Below are positions 39,426 to 49,541 of a stretch of DNA of 64,000 nucleotides, piece by piece. Both the position numbers and the translations under genes were made by a program. How positions within the stretch are numbered: position 1 is the first letter of the stretch; each line of letters begins with the position of its first letter. The notes under the pieces were generated by a model. The model was not told the origin of the DNA and made no database searches. It was given only the letters and a program-made list of their open reading frames with translations. Source of the DNA: a virus (taxonomy: Duplodnaviria; Caudoviricetes); the IMG/VR virus record IMGVR_UViG_3300041964_000029, positions 1,850-65,849 of that record, one strand, 5' to 3'.

Positions 39426-39917
39426 TTACTTAACTCCTAAACTAGGGAAAAAGTAACAAACCATAACCGGATGCTTAGTATCATCTGAGGAATCTAACAA
39501 AGTTACACCATCGTTGCAAATTTCATGCTTCTGCATAACGGATAAAACCTCAGATTGATTACCTCTAAATGGTGTAGTATACCAGGGATATGCAATCGTT
39601 AAACGATACATACTAGCTAACAGAAGGTGTTTAGTTTCTAACCATTGATAATTTTTAGTAACCACCTTAAAAGTTTTAGATTCTGATAAGACGTTGCTAA
39701 CACCATGCTTACAAAGATATTTGAAAAAAGTTATATTTTTTAGAATCTGGTTAACAGCTTTTTCAAGGTTTACACCTTTAATATCTGTAACCCTAAAAAC
39801 TCCATCTATGCCGCAAATCTCAAAATCAACATAGTCAATAATGGTTGGTTTATTTCTCTGGATTGTTTCATGTTGCCAGAGTACTTTAAGCGTTCTAATT
39901 TCTGTTATCTCTTGCAT
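39426..39917 (-). CDS. hypothetical protein
   Basis: 163-aa ORF. Confidence 0.65.
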   Translation of the reverse strand: MQEITEIRTLKVLWQHETIQRNKPTIIDYVDFEICGIDGVFRVTDIKGVNLEKAVNQILKNITFFKYLCKHGVSNVLSESKTFKVVTKNYQWLETKHLLLASMYRLTIAYPWYTTPFRGNQSEVLSVMQKHEICNDGVTLLDSSDDTKHPVMVCYFFPSLGVK

Positions 39918-40001
39918 GATCTAACATCCGGTAAAGTGTTTATACGTTTGAGATACTATCAAGCTGTTAAAGACTCTTTAACAGCTTGATAAGGGCAGAT
40001 C

Positions 40002-40789
40002 CTATTCTGCTTTAGCGTCCTTCATATTTTGACGGTTAACATTAGGATCATACTTTAACTGCAACGGATCGTTAACAGGATTAACCAAGTTTGATTCATC
40101 CACTAGAAAGAATGGTAAACGTGCGGATCGACCAATCACAGATTGATATTCAGGAATCAGATCAACCATATTCCTGATAAATACTGCCTCCGATAAGTAT
40201 GCATTCAGGTACGCAAGTAGGGACGGAATAGCATCTGCTGATTGTTTAGCTACTTCCTTTTGCAGCTTGCCAAGAATCTGCTGCGACAGTGGATCAAGAT
40301 TTTGAAAATTTGTACCTGCTCCGCCCATCGCTATCCGCAATTTTTCAAAAATTTGATAGATGGTAGCCCGCAAATGATCATCGTCCATTGCTGCAATCGG
40401 TTGTATGATTTTATCGCCATCCGGACGGATAGTGGTATGCATCCGTAAAAAGTGTAATCTGTCGGTTGGCTTGTGGTGTAGTTAGGCATTGTCTTTTTCT
40501 CCTCTTTATCTATTGGCTCAAAATCAAAAACATCACTCGAATTTAGTCTGTATCGTTTCCTATATCTTACACCATCACGATCCACATAGATATAGTACCG
40601 ATCATCACCTTCACCATACATTCTATATGGTATTAATCCTTCACGAATCGTCATAGGTTTAGTGTTTTGATCCTCCAATATTCTCTTAATTCCTTCTACT
40701 GCCTGTTGCTCTGATATTCTTCCAAATGTACTATTTATATATGTTACTTCCTCCAATTGTTTTTGATACTCAGATTTTTCATCAGTCAT
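40002..40789 (-). CDS. one or two hypothetical proteins with a probable sequencing frameshift near 40441
   Basis: ORFs 40331-40789 and 40002-40442 overlap out of frame; strong GAGGAG RBS before ATG 40489. Confidence 0.5.
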
Positions 40790-40917
40790 TAAACCACCTC
40801 TATTAGTTTACTATTTTTCCTCTCTTTTGCTTGCTACTCTTTTAATATATCACGTTAAAACATGATTTTTTCAGTGACAAGCAAAAGTAATGTGTTGAAC
40901 ATTTTAATCAGGTTTGC

Positions 40918-41292
40918 TTATGCTTTATTATTTTTACTATTTATCGGTAAATTTTCCTCATCTTCAGGATCAGACTGTTTAAGCTTACTTGAAACAATAA
41001 GCACTAAAAAAGATCCTACAGATGGTAGAGCAATTTTTATAATTTCTTCTGATACTGTTGGCGCTCTGTACGCCCAACGTGTTCCAGTTTGCTCAGTATA
41101 TTCGTAACTGATTCCTGTGATGGCAAATAATAGCGTAAATATAGTTACGCTACCAAATCCCATAAAAAGAAATTTGATCAACCTAAAACGTTGCTTTGCT
41201 TGAATTTCTAGCAGCAACAAACGTCTATTAGTTCTCGCTTGCTCAACTTCAAAATCCGTTAAAGAGTCTTTAATTTTCTCATCATCAATCAT
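40918..41292 (-). CDS. membrane protein (2 TM)
   Basis: Two hydrophobic segments. Confidence 0.6.
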   Translation of the reverse strand: MIDDEKIKDSLTDFEVEQARTNRRLLLLEIQAKQRFRLIKFLFMGFGSVTIFTLLFAITGISYEYTEQTGTRWAYRAPTVSEEIIKIALPSVGSFLVLIVSSKLKQSDPEDEENLPINSKNNKA

Positions 41293-41951
41293 CTAAATCT
41301 TTCCCCACTGTAATACCAATAATATTCTGAAAAAATTCTGGTTAACCAAATGATTTTATTTTTTAGACTGATAGAAACTAATTCGTGATGCTGAACAAAA
41401 ACACCGTTAACTATTTTTGATTGATAACTTTTCAGCCAATCTGCAATATATTCACCAATAACTTTTGCAATAAAATCCTCTTTATGATCATCATAATTTT
41501 TTGTATTAGCATTAAAGCTAACTTTCAAAATCTCCACATAAGTACCTGTAGATAGGTAATAACCTAGATCTAAAGTATGGCTCAAATTAATCTGATTAGG
41601 TACAATAATCCCTCTCTGAGCCAATTTAGAAAAAATATAGGTAACACCAAAAAACCTTTGAAATGCAACCTTTTGATCATATCTTCTTTCTGCTTCCAAC
41701 AGAGCGATCGTCGTTCTTTCGCTGATTGGTGGGTATTTCGATAAATCTGCTGTAGATCTGATTCTTTTAATTTGCAATCTATGCGATCGCCATTTAACTC
41801 TATCGTTTTGTTCTTTTTGTACTTCATGTAAAACACCTGATGCTAAATAGATTATATTTGAATCTTTGGCGTTTTGCACCTTAAAAGGTGTCAGAAAAAA
41901 ACAATCATCTGAGGATTTCTTATTGTGAAATAATCGCTTGAATATATTCAC
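41289..41951 (-). CDS. hypothetical protein
   Basis: 220 aa, GTG start beside a palindrome copy. Confidence 0.6.
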   Translation of the reverse strand: MNIFKRLFHNKKSSDDCFFLTPFKVQNAKDSNIIYLASGVLHEVQKEQNDRVKWRSHRLQIKRIRSTADLSKYPPISERTTIALLEAERRYDQKVAFQRFFGVTYIFSKLAQRGIIVPNQINLSHTLDLGYYLSTGTYVEILKVSFNANTKNYDDHKEDFIAKVIGEYIADWLKSYQSKIVNGVFVQHHELVSISLKNKIIWLTRIFSEYYWYYSGERFR

Positions 41952-42112
41952 AGATTAAAGAGTCTTTAACAAAATGAACAAACATAAAAATAGATCGGAT
42001 GCCTCTACACATCCGATCTAATTGACCACAACCACTTCTCGTACTAACAGAATCATATCATTTTAAGCTTTCAAAATGAAATATAAAGTTTTTGTAAAAC
42101 ACTTGACAAAAT

Positions 42113-42210
42113 GAAAAAAGTATGGTAAGGGAAAGAATAAAAACCCGTACCATACTCATCTACACTTTATCCGAGCAAAAATTAGGAGTAAAGAGCTAAA
42201 ATGCCCCTAT
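42113..42210 (-). ncRNA. candidate small/antisense RNA of about 95 nt
   Basis: TTGACA(42244-42239)-17-TAGAGT promoter and AGTATGGTA..TACCATACT-TTTTT terminator on the minus strand. Confidence 0.4.
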
Positions 42211-42450
42211 ATAAGACTCTAGCAAATCTACCCAAATTTGTCAAGCGTTAGCAAATGCCATTTTAAGACGCTTTAAGCGGTGTAAGTGGTTACGTGCTAG
42301 ATAGCCCATTATCAACCTTTAAGGCTGTCTAACAGCGTGGCAAGTGTCGCGCATTGGGTTTTTAGCATAGCTATCCTCTAACGGTTGCAACGATTCAGAC
42401 TGATCTGATTCCTGTTGTGTGGACTAAGCAAAAGTTAGAACGTTTGTATC

Positions 42451-42791
42451 AGTACAGGGTCAGTAGTACAGTACAGGGATAATTGACCCTGTACTGATTT
42501 GTAGAAGCGTTACGCTGTCTACATTTTAGCCGTTTAATGATGGTAGTACAGTACAAGCACAGGGGTATATTTGGCAATCTGCCTATAGAGATTTTTTACT
42601 ACTCATACCCTTAACGATAATATTGTCGTTAAAAGTCCTCCATCACATTGGTATATATAGAGAAGTTCAAAAAAGACCCTGTACCTGTACTGTACTACCA
42701 CACACAACACACCAGGAATCACTACACAGCAACCGTTCTACAAATCAGTACAGGGTCAATTATCCCTGTACTGTACTACTGACCCTGTACT
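42451..42791. repeat. nested inverted repeats, candidate replication origin
   Basis: Perfect 56-bp IR (42451-42506/42736-42791), 15-bp IR (42541-42555/42686-42700), central hairpin 42611-42632; GTACAG iterons. Confidence 0.85.
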
Positions 42792-43118
42792 AATTTTGTA
42801 AAAACGCTAGAAAGCTGAATGAATAACGCTTTTAGCGTTTATTGGAATTTTTCATAGGTATTTATACTCTTAACTTATTGAGAATAAAACCCTGTTTATT
42901 GTCATTTGATTTTTTTGGCTGTTTTTAATTAGTGATAAGAGAGAATAAAGCCAAAAAAATCTAATGCGAAAAAATCGGTGTTTATTCTCAATAAGCTTTT
43001 TGTGGTTGCAGCCTTTTAGCTACTGAGCCACAGCAATAAAAAACCCGTTAACGCTGTATGTATCGTTAACGGGTTTATGTAGGGTGTAATGGTCAGATAT
43101 AAGGCAGATTAGAACGTT

Positions 43119-43316
43119 TTAGCTATATCGTTGCAAGTCTTCTGTTAACAGTCTTAAGAATAGTTGGGGCAAGCTTTCACCAGTCTGTTTAAGGTGGTTT
43201 TTTAGTACAGGTACTAAATCAACAGGGAGAGTAAGGTTATGAGCCTTAGTCCCATTTGGGTATGTTCTCGGTCTACCTCTTTCACGCTTAGGTAATGCTG
43301 TTGTCTTGGTTGTCAT
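43119..43316 (-). CDS. small DNA-binding protein (AT-hook-like RGRPR plus ribbon-helix-helix-like region)
   Basis: RGRPRTY...HNLTLP.DL...L.......ESL; hairpin at 43039-43076 downstream. Confidence 0.6.
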   Translation of the reverse strand: MTTKTTALPKRERGRPRTYPNGTKAHNLTLPVDLVPVLKNHLKQTGESLPQLFLRLLTEDLQRYS

Positions 43317-43510
43317 AATGGTAAATTTATTGTACAGTTAAATAGGTCTGAATTTTGCCGTTCATATTAATCGTACCACAAAATTGCTAATTAATTGTAT
43401 CCTTAAATCACTAGCACACTTTTAGATAAAAATACATTTCAGCATAAAAAAACTGTCACACTAACTGTCACAAGGACAAATGTACTAATTAAGTTAAAGA
43501 GTCTTTAACC

Positions 43511-43795
43511 ATGAATGAAACTATAGAAGCAGTTAAAGTTATTTTAGATGGTATCTGTTCACAGCATAAAGGATTGGTGTATACAATACCTGATCAATTT
43601 ATAAATGAAAAATTGCAAATTTTTACAGTGGTTTTTAAGATTGATTGTATTAGTACTAGTGTAACTTTTAGCAATATTGAACTACGTTCTAAGCATGTTA
43701 GTATGCGTGTTGTTATTGGCAGATATGTAGATTTAGCTGTTAGAGTTATTAATGATTTTGCTGCTAAATGGGAGATAGATCTTAATCATGTATGA
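43511..43795 (+). CDS. hypothetical protein
   Basis: First gene of the rightward unit. Confidence 0.6.
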   Translation: MNETIEAVKVILDGICSQHKGLVYTIPDQFINEKLQIFTVVFKIDCISTSVTFSNIELRSKHVSMRVVIGRYVDLAVRVINDFAAKWEIDLNHV

Positions 43796-44117
43796 AAAAT
43801 TGATGGATGATCTTTTTAAGAATATTAAGCCTGATCCGGTGTTCAAACTATATCCTGATGTTAATAAAGAATTAGTTAAAAAGTTAGCAATTAGGGGATA
43901 CGGCGATTGTTATGTTGAGCCTCAACAGATTAGATCTATTGTTAATAGGTTACTGGTAAGACAAATAAATGATAGTGAATGGAATAGTATCAGCCAAGCT
44001 GTTAGTAAACGGATGGCGATTGAGCATCCTAACGCGATCAAGATTAGAAGGCGATTGAAAGAACTAGACAGCAAAACAAAATTTCTTTGGTACGGTATCA
44101 AGTTAAAGAGTCTTTAA
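43788..44117 (+). CDS. hypothetical protein resembling the primase-helicase C-terminal winged helix
   Basis: Shares WYGIKLK with the end of 44635-47262. Confidence 0.55.
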   Translation: MYEKLMDDLFKNIKPDPVFKLYPDVNKELVKKLAIRGYGDCYVEPQQIRSIVNRLLVRQINDSEWNSISQAVSKRMAIEHPNAIKIRRRLKELDSKTKFLWYGIKLKSL

Positions 44118-44138
44118 CAGTTTAATAAAGGATTAGTC

Positions 44139-44585
44139 ATGGTATCAGCAGAAGAATTTTTCAATAGTGGATCTGGTCTTGTTACATTGTGCGGATCGAC
44201 AAAATATTTTACTCAATATATGGAGGCTGCTAGACAATTAGCTTTCAATAATTGGATCGTTTTTACTTGTGGTAGTTTTGGGCATTCTTATCATAAAGAC
44301 GCTGATCCAATCGGTACACCAGAAACGTTTGAGGATGTGAAGAAATTGCATTTTTTGAAAATTCAAATGTCTAATGCAATTGTAGTTGTACATGATATGA
44401 CTGAAGTATATATTGGTAATAGCACAAAAGCCGAAATTAAATATGCAGAGTATTTATCATTACCAATTTTCTATTTTGATGGTGTTAATTTTAGAGGTAA
44501 AACTGAGGATCAACCGAGTGATTTTTTAGAATCTGATAAAATTAGTCTTCAGATGTATGCAGCCGATCATGATTTAGGATTTTGA
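44139..44585 (+). CDS. nucleoside 2-deoxyribosyltransferase-like protein
   Basis: TLCGS..., LH..KI..S.AI.V....YIG.ST..EI.YA pattern. Confidence 0.7.
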   Translation: MVSAEEFFNSGSGLVTLCGSTKYFTQYMEAARQLAFNNWIVFTCGSFGHSYHKDADPIGTPETFEDVKKLHFLKIQMSNAIVVVHDMTEVYIGNSTKAEIKYAEYLSLPIFYFDGVNFRGKTEDQPSDFLESDKISLQMYAADHDLGF

Positions 44586-44634
44586 TTAAAGAGCCTTTAA
44601 CGTTTTTCAATACCTCTACACTTTATAGGGCATC

Positions 44635-47262
44635 ATGACAGATACTCAGACAAGAGTTACACAAATCACCGGATCAGTAAATCCTGAAAAGCTATATCCA
44701 TCAACGTTATCAGCAGATATAGAAAAAGTAATTAATCAATACCCACCTATTGATCATCGCCCATATTCCATCCAGATTAATACAAAATTTAAGTCTACAT
44801 CAATCAACAAAAAACCTGATCCACGTTATGTAAATGGTGGTAATCCAACAGGTATTTTTTGGCAAACATTAACAGATGTTTCACTTTTAGCAATTAAACA
44901 CTTTATTGAATCTGGCTACATCTTACGATCAGGAATCAAGCTGAACGGTACTAACTACCGGAAAAATTTTCAATATGCAGATTTTATCTATTTTGATATT
45001 GATCAAAATCAAAAGATTCAAGAATCAATAGAATCAGAATATTTACCAGCAACATATATCTATAAGTCTCCATCTTATGATGATGGGCTGATTGATGGAT
45101 TCGAAAAACACCGTGTATTTACAAGGCTATCTAGACGTATACACGATCCAATACAGGTAGAGGCTATCATTCGGTTTTATGTATCCTCTCTAGATTATTT
45201 AGACGCTTCATGCGTTGATCCTGCCAGAATTATGTATGGATCATTATATCCTGTTGTCTTTTATGATCCGGATGCTTGTATAGATGTGGATGAGTTAGAG
45301 ACAAATGATCTCTATCTTTCCATCTTAAACCAAGTTCAATCTAACAACGGCAAAAAAGTTAAAGAGTCTTTAACAACTACTAAAGATAAAAAAGAAAAGG
45401 AAAATAAACCATTACCCATTTATGCAAAACTGATTGAAAAACTAGAAAATGAATATAACCTAGATTTGAACGCTTTTTTAGAGCCTCTCAATCTGGGCTA
45501 TGATTTTGAATTTAAGCGTATTAATCCTGATCACCCTGATATTTTATATAAATGGGTTGGTCTAAATCCATTTAGCGGTACTAACAAGTCTGGAACATCA
45601 TTAGTATGTTCGATTAAAGATGGAAAAATCATTTTTTATAATCGTGCTAGGACAGGTGTAGAAGACTCTACAAGCGATGATGTAGATTTTAAGCATGGTG
45701 CTTCTATTTTTGACTTTATCGCTTGTGTGAGGCAGAAGAGAGAGACTGTAGCAACGATTAATAATAAGGAAGAGTTTAGGGGCATTGCTAAAGAGTTATG
45801 CAATGATTTTGATCTACCTTTAACTCTAGCAATTGATCTAAATGGTTTAGACATTGTGGAAGTTTTAGAACAGTTTATTCATCCTGAACTAGATGGAATG
45901 GTATACCGTTGTAAAAATGTAGTTGGTGATATGGTTGCAGAACATGACATATTTTTAAGCTATGAAAATGACGTATGGAAAAAAGGCTTTAAGAATATGT
46001 GCTGTTCATTATTTGAAACCACATACCTAAAACTTTTTGGTGTGATGATGTCATCAAAAAAACATACTGGTATGAGCAATGGCGGGAACTATGAGCAGTT
46101 TCCATTGCACAGAAGATTAGACAGGTTACCAAGTGAGAATTTAGATCACTTTTATTTTAATGATGGAATGTTCGATTATCAGACTAAAGAGTTAAAACCA
46201 TATACACCAGAAGTATTTAATTTTTATAAGGTTGATTATAACTATGTAAGCGATCGCAAAAAAATTAAAGAGTCTTTAACGCTGATTGTTAAAGCGCTTA
46301 AAGCTTCTGGAGTTTGTAGGCAAGACAGAAAAGTTATTTACTTAGCTTTCATTTTGACAGTACATCAAAAATTTCATCTAGCTATGAAAGTACTATATTT
46401 TTATGGAATTAAAGCTTCTGGTAAATCATCACTTGCAAATATTTTTTACCGTATTTTTCCAGATGCAAAATTTACACCAGCAGAAGATGTAAGAAAAGCT
46501 GATAAGAATTTTGGTAAACATTTAGGACGGGTTGCAATATGGGATGAGGTTTTATCTATGGGTAACATCGTCCCTAGTATGATGAGTTTTATTAGAACTG
46601 CAACTAAAGAGGGAATCACTTTTACACATGAAGAAAAGTACCAACCATCATTTCAAAAAGTGTTACCTGTAACGCTAATTTTTACAGGTGAGAACCTAGT
46701 AATTGGTGCTACTTCTAATGTGGAAGGATTCACGGATCGAATAGTACCTGTTGAATTTAATTGTTCTCAATTAGGTGATGCTGGTAGATACTGGGCTGCT
46801 TATTGGGAAAATGCCGATCAGGTTGTTAGTGCTTTAGTTTCTGCGGCTGCAACGGTAAATTTTAAGCCTGAATGGATTAAAAAAGTAAACCATTTACAAC
46901 TAACGAATAACAGTATTTATCATGAAAGATTGAATACTCTCAAAGAGTCTTCAGATCATTTATTTGGTTTTATTGCTTGCTTTGAAGCTGATCCTTTATT
47001 TAATGGATCAAATTTTAAGGATGATTGTGTTATTGCTATTTCTGGCAGTAAGTTAAAAGAGATGTACGTTATTATTACAGGTGATGAAAAGGGAGCAAGT
47101 TATATATCCGTATGGAATGGACACACACAAAGAATAGCCAGAAAATTCAAAGAAATTAACCCGATAGCAATTAATCGTACTTCTAACAGTATTAGAAAAT
47201 GGTATGGAATTAAATTGAAAGCTGATGCATTAGCTGAGTATCCGCAATTAGGTTATTTCTAA
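44635..47262 (+). CDS. primase-helicase (AEP-like N-terminus + D5/P4-type SF3 helicase)
   Basis: YFDID, KHRV, CVDPARIMYG; FNDG..D, Walker A GIKASGKS, Walker B IWDE, EEKYQ. Confidence 0.85.
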   Translation: MTDTQTRVTQITGSVNPEKLYPSTLSADIEKVINQYPPIDHRPYSIQINTKFKSTSINKKPDPRYVNGGNPTGIFWQTLTDVSLLAIKHFIESGYILRSGIKLNGTNYRKNFQYADFIYFDIDQNQKIQESIESEYLPATYIYKSPSYDDGLIDGFEKHRVFTRLSRRIHDPIQVEAIIRFYVSSLDYLDASCVDPARIMYGSLYPVVFYDPDACIDVDELETNDLYLSILNQVQSNNGKKVKESLTTTKDKKEKENKPLPIYAKLIEKLENEYNLDLNAFLEPLNLGYDFEFKRINPDHPDILYKWVGLNPFSGTNKSGTSLVCSIKDGKIIFYNRARTGVEDSTSDDVDFKHGASIFDFIACVRQKRETVATINNKEEFRGIAKELCNDFDLPLTLAIDLNGLDIVEVLEQFIHPELDGMVYRCKNVVGDMVAEHDIFLSYENDVWKKGFKNMCCSLFETTYLKLFGVMMSSKKHTGMSNGGNYEQFPLHRRLDRLPSENLDHFYFNDGMFDYQTKELKPYTPEVFNFYKVDYNYVSDRKKIKESLTLIVKALKASGVCRQDRKVIYLAFILTVHQKFHLAMKVLYFYGIKASGKSSLANIFYRIFPDAKFTPAEDVRKADKNFGKHLGRVAIWDEVLSMGNIVPSMMSFIRTATKEGITFTHEEKYQPSFQKVLPVTLIFTGENLVIGATSNVEGFTDRIVPVEFNCSQLGDAGRYWAAYWENADQVVSALVSAAATVNFKPEWIKKVNHLQLTNNSIYHERLNTLKESSDHLFGFIACFEADPLFNGSNFKDDCVIAISGSKLKEMYVIITGDEKGASYISVWNGHTQRIARKFKEINPIAINRTSNSIRKWYGIKLKADALAEYPQLGYF

Positions 47263-47349
47263 AAAGTTCAATATTGAAAAATTATTATGTCAAATTAATT
47301 TTAATGATTTAACATGATATACTAATATTATCATCTTAAAAAGTGTAGT

Positions 47350-47613
47350 ATGAAATTAAAGTTATCTGAACTAATTGAACAGCAATTATTAATAGTTGAT
47401 CGGCGTGTAAAGCGCTTAAATTTAACTAATGCCAACGATATAATGCCCAATTTAGATATTGCTGCAAACACTTATAACGATTGGCGCAAATCAGGATTTA
47501 AAAGATTATCAGTTAGAAGTTTAATCAAACTATTGAAATACATTGAATTGGAGGAAGAGAAAGAGAGGCACGAATTTGAAAAATCAAAAGTTTTAGAAAT
47601 CACACAACGTTAA
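47350..47613 (+). CDS. HTH transcriptional regulator
   Basis: LDIAANTYNDWRKSG...SLIKL XRE-like pattern. Confidence 0.55.
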   Translation: MKLKLSELIEQQLLIVDRRVKRLNLTNANDIMPNLDIAANTYNDWRKSGFKRLSVRSLIKLLKYIELEEEKERHEFEKSKVLEITQR

Positions 47614-47626
47614 AGACTCTTTAATC

Positions 47627-48448
47627 ATGCAATCGTTTCTAATCTGGATTGGTAATAAAAGACGCATTTTGCCAGCTATTATTGAACATCTACCAACAAC
47701 CATTAATAATTATTACGAACCTTTTTTAGGATCTGGTGAAGTCTTTTTTGGTCTTGCTGCTGAGAAACTGATCGATACTTCTAAAAGTGTTTTATCAGAT
47801 ACTCAAATTGGTATCTATGCCACTATGGAAGCTGTTAGGTCAAAATTACCGTTAACAATACAGTTACTAACAGAGCATGAATTAAACCATAGTAAAGAAT
47901 ACTTTAATGATTTGAAAGTTAAAGTATTTTCAACTATTCCAGAAGTAGCCGCACAGTTTATTTATCTATCTAGAGCAGGTTTTTCGGGTATATACCGCGA
48001 AAACTCTAACAGTCTATACAATGTGACAATGAGGAAAAATGAGCAGCCTAGATGGGCTGAAAGGGTGTATATGTATGGCGCATCCGGATATCTCAGTCGA
48101 GCTAAGGTGTTATGTAGAGACTTCAGAGTTATTCTTGATGAGGATAATGGATGGCAAAAAGATGATTTTATTTATTGTGATCCACCTTATCATTCTTGGT
48201 TTGAAAAGAAAGAGCGATCAGTTTATAACCATAGGGTTTTTAATCTAAATGATCAGATTCATTTATTAGCAATGCTCAGACGTTTAGATAAACGCGGTGT
48301 TAAATGGATGATTTCTAATTCTATGAGTACGGAAACATTATTACTTTATAAGGACTACAACATTAAAAAAATCCCAATCACTTATAAGGTGACTCAGCAA
48401 CAAAAAAAAGGAAACAAAACAGAAGAATTGATCGTAACCAATTACTAA
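47627..48448 (+). CDS. dam: Dam-like (D12 class) DNA adenine methyltransferase
   Basis: WIGNK, YYEPFLGSG, YCDPPY, MISNS, ELIVTNY. Confidence 0.9.
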   Translation: MQSFLIWIGNKRRILPAIIEHLPTTINNYYEPFLGSGEVFFGLAAEKLIDTSKSVLSDTQIGIYATMEAVRSKLPLTIQLLTEHELNHSKEYFNDLKVKVFSTIPEVAAQFIYLSRAGFSGIYRENSNSLYNVTMRKNEQPRWAERVYMYGASGYLSRAKVLCRDFRVILDEDNGWQKDDFIYCDPPYHSWFEKKERSVYNHRVFNLNDQIHLLAMLRRLDKRGVKWMISNSMSTETLLLYKDYNIKKIPITYKVTQQQKKGNKTEELIVTNY

Positions 48449-48478
48449 AGACTCTTTAACAACAGTGGAGGAAAACAA

Positions 48479-48913
48479 ATGACTAAGCAACTACCAGGAT
48501 CAGAAGACTTATTAGAAATCATTGAATCTGATTTACCAGTATTGAATAGACAGAATATTAAATCTGTGCCTGTATTGAAAATTAACGGCAATTATTGTGC
48601 AATATTGCAGCCAACCAGAAAAGGTGATGATCTGAAATTAGTAGGATTATCAAACATGATTAATACAGATGGAAAAAAACAGGATGAAAATATTCCTGAA
48701 AAAATTACATCTAAATCAATTTTTGAATCATTAACAAATGATCCTTTAGCGATGTTGTTTACTGGTATTGGCTTAACCATTACTACTGTGATTCTTTCAT
48801 TGTTGCTGATGCCTAAAAGTGTTCATCCTTATACCTCTACAGTATGTAAACCGGATTACTTTTTCATGATCAAAGTTAGTGAAACTTGCAACACTTACAC
48901 AGGAGTTAAATAG
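48479..48913 (+). CDS. membrane-anchored hypothetical protein
   Basis: GGAGG RBS; one TM helix. Confidence 0.65.
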   Translation: MTKQLPGSEDLLEIIESDLPVLNRQNIKSVPVLKINGNYCAILQPTRKGDDLKLVGLSNMINTDGKKQDENIPEKITSKSIFESLTNDPLAMLFTGIGLTITTVILSLLLMPKSVHPYTSTVCKPDYFFMIKVSETCNTYTGVK

Positions 48914-48914
48914 A

Positions 48915-49457
48915 ATGAAAGATAAAAAGACAGAAGGAATTAAGAACAATAAAACAGTTACAACGATTCTTTTTTTAGGCTCATTTATCATTCTCGGTTT
49001 GTTTATTTCAGCAGTTTTTCTAAATCCGTTGAAAGACAATAAAGCCATGATCAATTTATCGGTTAAAGAACCTAAAAACGATGTTTCTAAAAGCGTCTTC
49101 TCAGATGGTCAAATTACCGACACTAAGGAAAAATCCAGTAAAACCGATACCGTCCCATCACAACAGACTGATACTACTGCTGTGGAGACAACAGGCACGA
49201 ATACAGGTATACAAACGATTGATAGTAGTTCAATTCGTTGTGATCTTCCTTTTAATAATCGGTTTAATATTCGCTCTAAACCTGTAATAGATTCAACTGC
49301 GATCGCTGGTGTTCTTAACTGTGGTGAAGTTGTTAATGTGGTTTATCCTGTAGTTATTGTTAGAAATAACAACATTGATTGGCAATTAATTAATTACGAT
49401 AATCGGTTTTACTGGATTGCAAAAAATCTTTTAGAAATTAATCGTTATCCAATTTAA
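48915..49457 (+). CDS. membrane-anchored SH3b-domain protein
   Basis: TM helix, Thr-rich linker, NIRSKP...L..GE.V.V...W..I....WI. Confidence 0.7.
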   Translation: MKDKKTEGIKNNKTVTTILFLGSFIILGLFISAVFLNPLKDNKAMINLSVKEPKNDVSKSVFSDGQITDTKEKSSKTDTVPSQQTDTTAVETTGTNTGIQTIDSSSIRCDLPFNNRFNIRSKPVIDSTAIAGVLNCGEVVNVVYPVVIVRNNNIDWQLINYDNRFYWIAKNLLEINRYPI

Positions 49458-49541
49458 TTATCATGTTTTTACATGATATAATGGTTATATAACTTAGAGA
49501 TAAGTTATCAGTAAGTTCAAACAAAAAAGGAAGTTTTTCTA

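Noticed and set aside
40331-40489. Out-of-frame overlap of two ORFs as genuine overprinting
   Set aside because: Better explained by another 1-bp error near 40441, given the RBS-ATG at 40489 and the other indels in this assembly.
41970-43118. tRNA or other known structured RNA genes in the long intergenic region
   Set aside because: No cloverleaf or T-loop GTTCRA signature was recognised by eye; a covariance-model search would be needed to exclude them.
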